64,000 nt of DNA from Candidatus Woesearchaeota archaeon (GTDB lineage: Archaea; Nanobdellota; Nanobdellia; Woesearchaeales; JACPBV01): the NCBI GenBank assembly GCA_016180135.1, contig JACPBV010000007.1, positions 41,248 through 105,247 of the forward strand, given 5' to 3'. A program made the position numbers and the translations under genes. Shown here one piece after another: positions 53,993 to 62,472 of this stretch (position 1 is the stretch's first letter; the number at the start of each line of letters is the position of its first letter). Under the pieces are notes generated by a model. It did not search any database, was not told the origin of the DNA, and saw only the letters and a list, made by a program, of their open reading frames with translations.

Positions 53993-54598
53993 ATGGCAGA
54001 TATTTCTGAAACAATAGTGCCGGAACCTTCTGAACCCCCTGTATCTTCAAAACCCTCTTTATCCTCAAAACCCCCTGTATCCTCTGAGCATCCTTGCCCT
54101 ATCTGCGGGCAGAAATCGCTGCAATTGACTGAGGCAGAGAGAGACATCCCTTTCTTTGGGAAAGCCTTTTTGTTTTCTATGACGTGCCCATCCTGCAAAT
54201 TCCATAAGTCTGACATCGAATGCGCCGAGCAGAAAGAGCCTTCACGCTTCACGTTTGAGATCACCTCTGAAGAAGACCTTAAGGTAAGGGTGGTGAAGTC
54301 AGCAGAAGCGACAGTGAAGATTCCCTACATCACCGATATCACTCCCGGATCCGCTTCCCAGGGTTATGTGACAAATATCGAAGGCATCCTTCAGCGTGTA
54401 AAAAGGGAAATTGAGTCAGTCAGAGACACTGCGGAAGATGATGAAGACAGGACAAAGGCAAAAAACCTGATAAAAAAGCTTATCAACATCATGTGGGGAA
54501 AGCAGAAGCAGAAAATTATCATCGAAGACCCCACAGGGAACAGCGCAATCATCTCTGATAAGGCGGTTGTGGAGAGGATGAAAGCAGCTGTAAAATAA
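53993..54598 (+). CDS. ZPR1-type zinc-finger protein
   Basis: CPICGQ...CPSCKF C4 zinc finger, then the beta-rich ZPR1 A-domain (FTFEITSEEDLKVRVVKSAEATVKIPYI). Confidence 0.6.
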   Translation: MADISETIVPEPSEPPVSSKPSLSSKPPVSSEHPCPICGQKSLQLTEAERDIPFFGKAFLFSMTCPSCKFHKSDIECAEQKEPSRFTFEITSEEDLKVRVVKSAEATVKIPYITDITPGSASQGYVTNIEGILQRVKREIESVRDTAEDDEDRTKAKNLIKKLINIMWGKQKQKIIIEDPTGNSAIISDKAVVERMKAAVK

Positions 54599-54689
54599 CT
54601 TCCTTTGGGTTTTTTCTGTAAATATTTCCAACTGGCTCCGAAAACTTCTTAAAGAGTTTCACTCTTAAACAACAGAGGGAATTGTTTCA

Positions 54690-55478
54690 ATGGTAAAAAT
54701 CGGAATCATCGGCGGCTCTGGGCTTGAAGACCCGAAAATTCTCAAAGATGCTAAAGAGATTATTGTTAATACGCCTTTTGGAAATCCTTCTTCTCCGCTT
54801 ACTTTGGGAAAGATCAATGGTGTTGATGTTGCAATCCTTTCCAGGCACGGGAGGAAACACGAACTCATGCCCACCAATGTCCCCAACCAGGCTAATATCC
54901 ATGCGCTCAAAGAACATGGCTGCACCCATATCGTCGCAACGTCGGCCTGCGGCAGCCTTCGGGAAGATATCAAGCCGGGAGATTTTGTTTTGGCCGACCA
55001 GTTCATCGATATGACGACGAAAAGAAAGTCAACGTTCTATGAGAAAGATCATGTCTGCCATATCGCTGTGGCTGAGCCATTCTGCAAAGGCCTGCGGAAC
55101 AGGCTTTTTGATGCAGGGAACAAGTTAGGCTATGGAATGCACGAAAAAGGGACTGTAGTGACTGTCGAAGGCCCAAGATTTTCCACACGGGCAGAAAGCC
55201 ATCTCTGGAGGCTCATGAAGGCAGATATCATCAATATGTCCACTGTTCCAGAGTGCGTTTTAGCGAGAGAAGCAGGATTATGCTATGCAGTGGTCTGCAT
55301 GGCAACGGATTATGACTGTTTTCTGGAAGGTAGGGAAGTGAACATCGGTGAAGTTATGGCGGTCTTTAAAAAAAATGCCGAATGGGTAAAGAAGCTTCTC
55401 TGCGAAGTGATCCCTGCTATAAAATTTAATCCAGACTGCAGATGCAGGACTGACATTAGGGGAGCGGTGATAAGTTAG
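54690..55478 (+). CDS. mtnP: 5'-methylthioadenosine/purine nucleoside phosphorylase
   Basis: MVKIGIIGGSGLEDP...TPFGNPSSPL...SRHGRKHELMPTNVPNQANIHALKEHGCTHIVATSACGSLRE matches the PNP/MTAP family. Confidence 0.85.
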   Translation: MVKIGIIGGSGLEDPKILKDAKEIIVNTPFGNPSSPLTLGKINGVDVAILSRHGRKHELMPTNVPNQANIHALKEHGCTHIVATSACGSLREDIKPGDFVLADQFIDMTTKRKSTFYEKDHVCHIAVAEPFCKGLRNRLFDAGNKLGYGMHEKGTVVTVEGPRFSTRAESHLWRLMKADIINMSTVPECVLAREAGLCYAVVCMATDYDCFLEGREVNIGEVMAVFKKNAEWVKKLLCEVIPAIKFNPDCRCRTDIRGAVIS

Positions 55479-55571
55479 GAATGTTTGGCAATCGCCATAT
55501 TAAAGAATTCTCATCTCTTGAGGCGCCAAGCATAAAAAGGTTTTTATAGAAGGTCAGCTCTTTCAGGGAAA

Positions 55572-55778
55572 ATGAGGCAGGTTATTTTGTTTAAAGGTGA
55601 AGATGGATTTTGGGTAGCTGAATGCCCAAGCCTGCCTGGCTGTATTTCTCAGGGGAAGACTAAAGAAGATGCAATCAACAATATCAAAGAGGCTATTGAT
55701 GGGTATATTGAATCTCTGAAAGAAGATAATCTTCCTATACCTCAGGAGAAGTTTGAAGCAATTGCATTGGTTGTATAG
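55572..55778 (+). CDS. hicB: HicB-family antitoxin (UPF0150)
   Basis: DGFWVAECPSLPGCISQGKTKEDAINNIKEAIDGYIE. Confidence 0.6.
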   Translation: MRQVILFKGEDGFWVAECPSLPGCISQGKTKEDAINNIKEAIDGYIESLKEDNLPIPQEKFEAIALVV

Positions 55779-56000
55779 ATGGATGGTCTTCCAATTATTT
55801 CCGGAAAAGAAGCAATAAGAGCGCTGTCTAAATCAGGTTTTTATCTAAAAAGGCAGAAAGGCAGCCACATTATACTGAGAAAAGATATGCCTTTTGCCCA
55901 AGTGACCGTCCCAAATCATGATACCCTTGACAGAGGCACCTTAAGGTCAATCATCAAACAAGCAGGACTAAGTGTTGAAGAGTTTAATGATCTGTTATAA
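55779..56000 (+). CDS. hicA: HicA-family mRNA interferase toxin
   Basis: ISGKEAIRALSKSGFYLKRQKGSHIILRKD...VTVPNHDTLDRGTLRSIIKQAGL; starts at the hicB stop. Confidence 0.65.
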   Translation: MDGLPIISGKEAIRALSKSGFYLKRQKGSHIILRKDMPFAQVTVPNHDTLDRGTLRSIIKQAGLSVEEFNDLL

Positions 56001-56050
56001 ATTAGCTAAAAGGTATTAAATCGTCTCAGGCCAATCAACAAGGGATTAAT

Positions 56051-56572
56051 ATGAACCTCAAAGAAAAGATCAGGACAGTGCCGCATTGGCCGATTGAAGG
56101 AGTCATGTTCAGAGATATCACGACTCTTCTGCAGGATGGGCCGGCTTTTCAGTATGCCTGCGACGAGCTTTATAGGAGATACAAAGAGAAGAAGATTGAT
56201 GTTGTTGTCGGCATTGAAAGCAGAGGGTTTATCTTCGGGAGCGTGCTTGCCTACAAATTGGGTGTCGGCTTTGTCCCCGTCAGAAAGTCAGGGAAACTTC
56301 CCCATATGACTATTTCTGAAGAATATGAGCTGGAATACGGCAAATCAAAGATTGAAGTGCATGCTGATGCTATCAAGAAAGGGCAGCGTGTGCTTGTTGT
56401 TGACGACCTCATCGCTACCGGCGGAACCATAGCGGCTGCAGTGAAACTTATTGAGAAGCTTGGCGGGAAAGTGATTGAATGCGCTTTCATCATCGAGCTT
56501 CCCGGGCTGAAAGGCAGGGAAAAGCTGAAAGGCTATGAGATCTTTACGATGATGGAATTTGAGGGGGATTAA
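56051..56572 (+). CDS. apt: adenine phosphoribosyltransferase
   Basis: PRPP-binding motif VLVVDDLIATGGTIAAAVKLIEKLGGKV. Confidence 0.85.
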   Translation: MNLKEKIRTVPHWPIEGVMFRDITTLLQDGPAFQYACDELYRRYKEKKIDVVVGIESRGFIFGSVLAYKLGVGFVPVRKSGKLPHMTISEEYELEYGKSKIEVHADAIKKGQRVLVVDDLIATGGTIAAAVKLIEKLGGKVIECAFIIELPGLKGREKLKGYEIFTMMEFEGD

Positions 56573-56624
56573 CTTTGAACTCCTGACTTTAATGAGTTTC
56601 TCTGATCAGGCAGATTCTAATTAA

Positions 56625-56700
56625 ATGCAACCATTCCATCGGGTCTTTGACCGTTGCCGAGCGAAGCGAGCGCAACTAGGAAAACAGGAGTTTTCCGTGG
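56625..56700. repeat. 'AATGCAACCATTCC...CCGAGCGAAGCGAG' repeat family, copy 3
   Basis: AATGCAACCATTCCATCGGGTCTTTGACCGTTGCCGAGCGAAGCGAGCGCAACTAGGAAAA matches 5313-5390. Confidence 0.7.
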
Positions 56701-56723
56701 GGGGTGGCCGGATTTCTTTTGAA

Positions 56724-57428
56724 TTAATGATGCTCCCCCCCATGGCTGCCTTCTGCTTTTCCTTCTCCACCAGAACTGAAGACATACGAAACGAGAGTCA
56801 CAATGATCAGGACAAAGATGATGACTCCCTGGTAAGTGGGATCGGTGAGCCAGTCCGGCAGCTCCCGGAACCAGCCTCTTTCTGTCCCGAAGACAAACAG
56901 CACAATGAGGAATGCGATGATAGTGATTGCACCCTGGACAAAAGTCTCCATCGTAGAGCCTGAGGTGAAGAAATTGATGATGAGGAGGCTGATAAGGATG
57001 CCTATCATCAAAGGAGAAAGGCTGGGATAAGCAGACAATGCATAGACTGTTGCTGCTGTAAGGACTACACCTCCGGTGGCATACATCGGCTTGTTCTCAA
57101 CCTGGCCGCCAAGGAGCCCGATGATGAGCAGAGCGCCTATCGCTGCGACTGCCACAATAGAGATGCTGGGGATTGAATCATTGATGATCTGAACCGGATC
57201 CATATTCTCAGGATACAGGCCGGTGACGTGGGGGATGACGACAAAAAGCCCCATGACTAGTGCAACGGTGAGGTTAAGCTTGTCTTTACCGTCGCCAAAA
57301 ACCTTGACTCTTTGGAGCGCAGCAAAGATGACGACGAAAACAAGAAGAAAAGGCAGCATGACGTCCCTCAGCCCCCATCCATCAAGGATCCTGATGAACT
57401 CTTCAAGGTTATATGCCCGTGATGCCAT
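56724..57428 (-). CDS. polytopic membrane protein (hypothetical)
   Basis: About 7 predicted TM helices; no recognised family. Confidence 0.4.
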   Translation of the reverse strand: MASRAYNLEEFIRILDGWGLRDVMLPFLLVFVVIFAALQRVKVFGDGKDKLNLTVALVMGLFVVIPHVTGLYPENMDPVQIINDSIPSISIVAVAAIGALLIIGLLGGQVENKPMYATGGVVLTAATVYALSAYPSLSPLMIGILISLLIINFFTSGSTMETFVQGAITIIAFLIVLFVFGTERGWFRELPDWLTDPTYQGVIIFVLIIVTLVSYVFSSGGEGKAEGSHGGEHH

Positions 57429-57574
57429 AACACCTTCTGCAGGAAATGGGTTTAAATACTTTACTTCTTTTGTAAGTTAACGATTGCATAATACGATAAT
57501 CTAGAAACAATGTTTATCTCTCAAACCCCTATACTAGAAACCATCATCACTTATTAAACAATTACTCATTAAAC

Positions 57575-57723
57575 GTATGTATTAAGCTCCGGCAAGAGCG
57601 GCTCTGCCATCCTAAGGTCAAAACTCATCTGCCCAACTGAATCGCGCTCGTCGTGGGGGGATGCCCCCTCGGTCAAGAGTTTTGAAGATGGCAGAGCCGC
57701 TCCGAGAGGAGCTTAATACATAC
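57575..57723. mobile_element. MITE (149 bp) with 8-bp target-site duplication CATTAAAC and imperfect terminal inverted repeats of about 48 bp
   Basis: CATTAAAC at 57567-57574 and 57724-57731; ends GTATGTATTAAGCTCCGGCAAGAGCGGCTCTGCCATC... and ...GATGGCAGAGCCGCTCCGAGAGGAGCTTAATACATAC; internal GGGGGATGCCCCC hairpin. Confidence 0.6.
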
Positions 57724-57733
57724 CATTAAACAA

Positions 57734-57949
57734 TCACTTCTTAAACCTATACAGATACACAATCCTTCTTCCTGCAGGCTCAACGACCTGATAAGCCCTC
57801 TTGAACAGGACAATGCCGGCTTTGCGCAGCCTTTTCAGGTTTCCGACGACTGTGTTGAAAGAAGCATCCAGCAATTTTGCGATGTCACGGGCATTGAACC
57901 ATTTATCCTTGTATTTCTTGAGTAAGTCGTAAACGTCCTGTTGTGACAT
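57734..57949 (-). CDS. small winged-helix DNA-binding protein
   Basis: 71 aa; ARDIAKLLDASFNTVVGNLKRLRKAGIV is a helix-turn-helix; basic. Confidence 0.4.
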   Translation of the reverse strand: MSQQDVYDLLKKYKDKWFNARDIAKLLDASFNTVVGNLKRLRKAGIVLFKRAYQVVEPAGRRIVYLYRFKK

Positions 57950-58400
57950 AGTAACAGGTAAAGAATGGGCTGAGTTTAAAAACGTTACTGATTTTGGAAG
58001 GAAATTGAGAAAGTTAGGGTTGTTTTTCTATTTCCTGATGACCGCAGAATTGGGGCGTTATTTTTCCTGTATACCGCTCAAGCTTTTTGTTTCTGCCGCC
58101 GGAAGCTCACATCCCCGCTTCCTTTTTGAGAGCGTCGGAATTAACTGCCTTTCCCTCCCTTGAACACGACTTTTGGGTATTGCTGCTGTTCCCGTTTCCA
58201 GCGAGTTACTAATACATGATGGAAATTATCCTCCTTGCAGACTTCATTCATTCGACTCTGTTCGATTTGCTGGAGAATCTCAAGCTTAAAATTCCTATCA
58301 AATGTTCCTCTTTTTTTCATGGAATTCCTCCTTAAATTACCAGACTTCTAAAACTTAACTATTTGAGAACTTTCAGGGTGCAGCCCATAATGTTATTTTA

Positions 58401-59345
58401 TCAAACCCATATTGCCCTTTGTTTTTGAGGGTGATGTGCAGATCTCGCCCCCATCTTCTCAATATATTTTTGATTAATAACAAGAATTAATCTCCCCTTA
58501 TCGTCCATTCTAACCGAGCCATTTTCAATAACTATCTCCCCATTATCTCGAACATTTTTAATGGCCTCATTATATAATCGGGAAAAGGAGGGCAAAAAAG
58601 ACTCATCAAATATTGCCAGAAAACCAGGTAGAAACTTTTGGTCATCGGATAGTTTAACTGACTTATCACCTTTTTCAGCGGCCTGGTATGCTAATGCGCC
58701 TAAACCATCATTAAACTCTGCACGTGCCAAATCCAATTCCCAATCACCCCTTATCTCTTGTTTTGCTTCAGGATCACTATACTTTTTTAAGAATTTTGGA
58801 AACCAATCGAAATAAAGTAAATCTCTTTTGTCTAATAATTCTCGTTTGGCACTGCGATATCTATCCAAAAAAGCAATAAACAGATCTGCTGCTTCTGGAA
58901 CAAAGCATTCTTCAAGTGATGGAATCTTTGAGGTATCTTCTCCCCTATCAAGCTCATCAAGAAAATCTTTAATACTTGGGTATGGGCAGGCGGATGCACA
59001 GACTATTCTGCTAACTCCTGCATCAACACATACCCCTATATCGTCAGGAAAGAGGGAAGTATACAAAACAATTGGATCTCTTTTGCGGCCATCATGAATC
59101 TCAGCTGGATTAGGCGGTAAACCATTCTGAACTAATAATCTGGTGGATGCATAACTAGGCCAGTTTCTATGCTCAGCACATACAAAAATAGGAAACTCAT
59201 CGGTTTGATTTGTTTCAGACCCCTTGATTTCTCCCCCCACGGAGAGTACTGCCCCCATCGGGTATCTTCCATACTGTTCAAAAGATAGTTTAGCCTGTTT
59301 AACAGCAGTACCTAAACGTTGAGAATCAAATTCTGTTAATATCAT
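58401..59345 (-). CDS. cytidine/deoxycytidylate-deaminase-like domain protein with degenerate zinc motif plus unknown C-terminal domain
   Basis: N-terminal region aligns with the CDA fold: AVLSVGGEIKGSETN...FVCAEHRNW (C-A-E) ... LYTSLFPDDIGVCVDAGVSRIV where the PCxxC is replaced by PDDIGVC. Confidence 0.35.
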   Translation of the reverse strand: MILTEFDSQRLGTAVKQAKLSFEQYGRYPMGAVLSVGGEIKGSETNQTDEFPIFVCAEHRNWPSYASTRLLVQNGLPPNPAEIHDGRKRDPIVLYTSLFPDDIGVCVDAGVSRIVCASACPYPSIKDFLDELDRGEDTSKIPSLEECFVPEAADLFIAFLDRYRSAKRELLDKRDLLYFDWFPKFLKKYSDPEAKQEIRGDWELDLARAEFNDGLGALAYQAAEKGDKSVKLSDDQKFLPGFLAIFDESFLPSFSRLYNEAIKNVRDNGEIVIENGSVRMDDKGRLILVINQKYIEKMGARSAHHPQKQRAIWV

Positions 59346-59458
59346 TTAAGGATGGGGGAATAACGGAGGTTTTAAAAGGTTTCCTATTTTGGAGGCAGTC
59401 GGATCTTTTTGAAAAACAAAATGGGAAAACAGGGAAAAAATATTTTCTCTTCAGAAGC

Positions 59459-60634
59459 TCAAATCCCCGCTTCCTTTTTGAGAGTGTCTGACTTGTATGT
59501 ATTCTCCCACGTGAAGTCAGGGTCATCCCTACCGAAATGGCCGTATGCTGCTGTCTTGAGGTAAATTGGCCTTCTTAATTTAAGATGCTCGATGATTGCC
59601 CTTGGGCGAAGGTCAAAATGCTTTTCAACAAGCGCAAGAATTTTTTCATCCGGGATTTTTCCGGTGCCGAAGGTTTCGACATTCAGTGAAGTTGGCTTTG
59701 CGACGCCGATAGAATAGCTGATCTGGACTTCGCACTTATCCGCTAAGCCTGCTGCAACAATATTTTTTGCGACATATCTTGCCATATAAGCCCCTGAGCG
59801 GTCCACTTTTGACGGGTCCTTGCCGCTAAAAGCACCTCCACCATGCCTCCCTACTCCGCCATAAGTATCAACAATTATTTTTCTTCCGGTCACGCCGGTA
59901 TCGCCTTCAGGGCCGCCGATGACGAACCTTCCTGTTGCGTTGATGTGGATCTTTGTTTCAGAATCCATCATACTGCCGCAGACCGGCTTGATGACATGCT
60001 CAATGATGTCCTGCCGGAGATGGTCTTCGTGGACCTCTTCAGTATGCTGCTGGGCGATGACTATTGCAGTAATCTTGTCAGGCTTACCGTCAAGATATCT
60101 TACAGACACCTGCGATTTTCCGTCGGGGCCTAAACATTTAATAATACCTTTCTTTCTGACTTCAGCCAGCCTTCGTGTGAGCTTATGCGCTGTGATGATA
60201 GGAAAGGGCATCAATTCCGGAGTTTCATTGGTCGCATAGCCATACATCATCCCCTGATCGCCTGCGCCCTGGTCCTTGTTGGCGTCGGGATTTTCGTTGA
60301 CACCCATCGCAATGTCCGGGCTCTGCCCATGGATGCTCACCCAGACTCCTGCATCTTCGCAGTCAATGCCGTATCTTGGGTCAGTGTAGCCGATGCCTTT
60401 CAGGGTTTTCCTGACGATTGACTGGATATCTGCAAAGCCTTTCGTGGTGACTTCGCCTGCAACATGCACACTGCCCGTTGTTGTCAGCGTTTCAATGGCA
60501 ACACGGGAATAAGGGTCCTGTGAGAATAAGCTGTCAAGGATTGCATCGCTGACCTGATCGCAGATCTTGTCCGGATGCCCCTCGGTGACGCTTTCTGAGG
60601 TTACGTAATGGATTTTTTTTGTTTGTTGAGCCAT
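59459..60634 (-). CDS. metK: S-adenosylmethionine synthetase, bacterial/eukaryal type
   Basis: [16 protein letters not shown]; [21 protein letters not shown]; [34 protein letters not shown]; collinear with E. coli MetK, not the archaeal MAT type. Confidence 0.9.
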   Translation of the reverse strand: MAQQTKKIHYVTSESVTEGHPDKICDQVSDAILDSLFSQDPYSRVAIETLTTTGSVHVAGEVTTKGFADIQSIVRKTLKGIGYTDPRYGIDCEDAGVWVSIHGQSPDIAMGVNENPDANKDQGAGDQGMMYGYATNETPELMPFPIITAHKLTRRLAEVRKKGIIKCLGPDGKSQVSVRYLDGKPDKITAIVIAQQHTEEVHEDHLRQDIIEHVIKPVCGSMMDSETKIHINATGRFVIGGPEGDTGVTGRKIIVDTYGGVGRHGGGAFSGKDPSKVDRSGAYMARYVAKNIVAAGLADKCEVQISYSIGVAKPTSLNVETFGTGKIPDEKILALVEKHFDLRPRAIIEHLKLRRPIYLKTAAYGHFGRDDPDFTWENTYKSDTLKKEAGI

Positions 60635-60704
60635 ATTAATCCCCCCTTTGATGATATCTATTCAGGGATAACTCTGAGTTTAAATAGTTTATTGGCCTAA
60701 AAAG

Positions 60705-61046
60705 TTACCTGCACAAATCGCATAATCTTGGTGCAGATTTATGGCTTGGGAATGCTGTCGGATAACTGGCAAACAATTCATTTAGTCTTTTATCCAGGGT
60801 TGCTTGAACTGCCTTAACTTCATCTGCTGCCCTGCAATCTTTATTAGCTGATGCCGAGGTCCCTGCTGCCTTAAGCTCTTTGGCTGCAACCCTTATTTGC
60901 CCAATAAGCTGGTCAACCTGTTGGCTGCCCCTTAAGTTTGTATCAACACCTAAAACTGTACTTAAGTATTGTTCGGCGCTAAAATTTGGAATGTCGGCAA
61001 TCCGTAATTGAGAATATATTCCATTTCCTGAATCTGAGTAAGCCAT
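60705..61046 (-). CDS. hypothetical protein (113 aa)
   Basis: ORF only. Confidence 0.3.
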   Translation of the reverse strand: MAYSDSGNGIYSQLRIADIPNFSAEQYLSTVLGVDTNLRGSQQVDQLIGQIRVAAKELKAAGTSASANKDCRAADEVKAVQATLDKRLNELFASYPTAFPSHKSAPRLCDLCR

Positions 61047-61401
61047 TTTTTCAACCTCCGATTATCTATCCTATCAAATTAGGATGACTGAACGCTGTTT
61101 TAAAAACCCTCCTGCCAAAATTATTCTGATTGGAATAATCGGAAATCTCCCTAATCTGCCAACTCAATATTTGCTTTCGTTAATGACCACCTCAGAGTGA
61201 CAGGCAAATAATATAAATGAGTAAGCCTTAGATGACTTAAAATCGACTGGCAAGGACAGTTCGGTTATCCTGAAAAGGATGCTATCACAACAGCCTCTGT
61301 CAGATGTTCAGCTATGAATATGGTGACTGGACTATGGGAACTTTAACACCGAGTCCAGATGCCGGTTTATTGGCTTAAAAAAGAGGTTAGGTGATTTAAG
61401 C

Positions 61402-61614
61402 GTGGCGAAGAAAAAAAGAGGAAAAAGCGTTACTTCTAAGGTTCAGAAGCACATAAGGAAGGTTCACAAGCAGGCCAAGAAGGTCATTAAGCATATCTCT
61501 AAAGTGCCCAGGAAAGCCCTGAAGCACCTTGCCGGAAGGAAGCCGAGCAGGAAGTCAAAAGCATCCAAAGTGAGGAAGCTTATCCGGCTGGCTCTGCAGA
61601 GAAGGAGAAAGTAA
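61402..61614 (+). CDS. small lysine/arginine-rich basic protein (70 aa), GTG start
   Basis: MAKKKRGKSVTSKVQKHIRKVHKQAKKVIKHISKVPRKALKHL...; GGTTAGGTG upstream; possible nucleic-acid-binding protein. Confidence 0.3.
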   Translation: MAKKKRGKSVTSKVQKHIRKVHKQAKKVIKHISKVPRKALKHLAGRKPSRKSKASKVRKLIRLALQRRRK

Positions 61615-61799
61615 TCTTTCTTTTGCTGCCATTTTTGTTCCTAAGTATTTGTTGCCTTTTTTGTTCTTAGGTTTTATTAATTGTGATGGGTCGATGGTAT
61701 AATTCTCTGTTCAAATGCGCTTTGAATGAGCTATCTTTATACTTAGGTATATGATTATTCCAAAAAGGATAAATACCACCTCTGATTATTCCTTTCTCT

Positions 61800-62342
61800 A
61801 TGTATCCAGAACTCGCAGAAATTAAGCAGGTGAGGAGAAAGCTTGAGCTTACTCAGGCAAAGTTTGCACAGCAGGTTGGGGTTTCCCAGAGCCTTATCGC
61901 AAAGATCGAGGCAGGGAGGCTGGATCCCAGCTATTCTGTCGCCAAGAAGATATTCTCTGCCATCGACCTGCTGGGGAAGAAGCAGGAGCAGAAAGCCAGC
62001 CAGCTCATGACGAAGCACATCATCTCGGTAAAGCCCAACGACGATATCGGGGAGGCAATCCAAAAGATGAAAAAGGCAAATATATCCCAGATGCCCGTTA
62101 TTGAAGACCATAAGAGCATTGGGCTGATCTCAGAAGCGACGATATTGGAGGCGCTGCTGAACAAAAAAGGAAGCAGGATAAGAGATATCATGGAAGACCC
62201 TGCGCCCATCATCCCGGCGAACACCACAGTCAGCGCAGCCCTAAATCTTTTGAGGTATTGCCCGATGGTGTTGGTCTCTGAGAGCGGAGAGATCAAAGGA
62301 GTCATCACCAAAGCAGATTTATTGGGGAAGGCGTTTGGGTAG
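61800..62342 (+). CDS. HTH (XRE-type) plus CBS-pair domain transcriptional regulator
   Basis: LTQAKFAQQVGVSQSLIAKIEAGRLDPS helix-turn-helix; two CBS motifs (MTKHIISVKPNDDIGEAIQKMKKANISQMPVI; PMVLVSESGEIKGVITKADLL). Confidence 0.7.
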   Translation: MYPELAEIKQVRRKLELTQAKFAQQVGVSQSLIAKIEAGRLDPSYSVAKKIFSAIDLLGKKQEQKASQLMTKHIISVKPNDDIGEAIQKMKKANISQMPVIEDHKSIGLISEATILEALLNKKGSRIRDIMEDPAPIIPANTTVSAALNLLRYCPMVLVSESGEIKGVITKADLLGKAFG

Positions 62343-62472
62343 AGTTTTGCTCGGGTTGAGTTGGCCTGAAGTATGCTTTAATGCTTAAGGATCACCGATT
62401 CATCAGTTTCCCTGCATCTTCCAAATCAAAACTTCCATATTCTTTATATACCTCAGCCCCATCCTACCGACT

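Noticed and set aside
57575-57723. Long-stem structured element considered as a tRNA precursor with BHB-type leader/trailer or another ncRNA
   Set aside because: Exact 8-bp direct repeats CATTAAAC abut both ends and the arms are a long near-perfect inverted repeat. A MITE explains this better.
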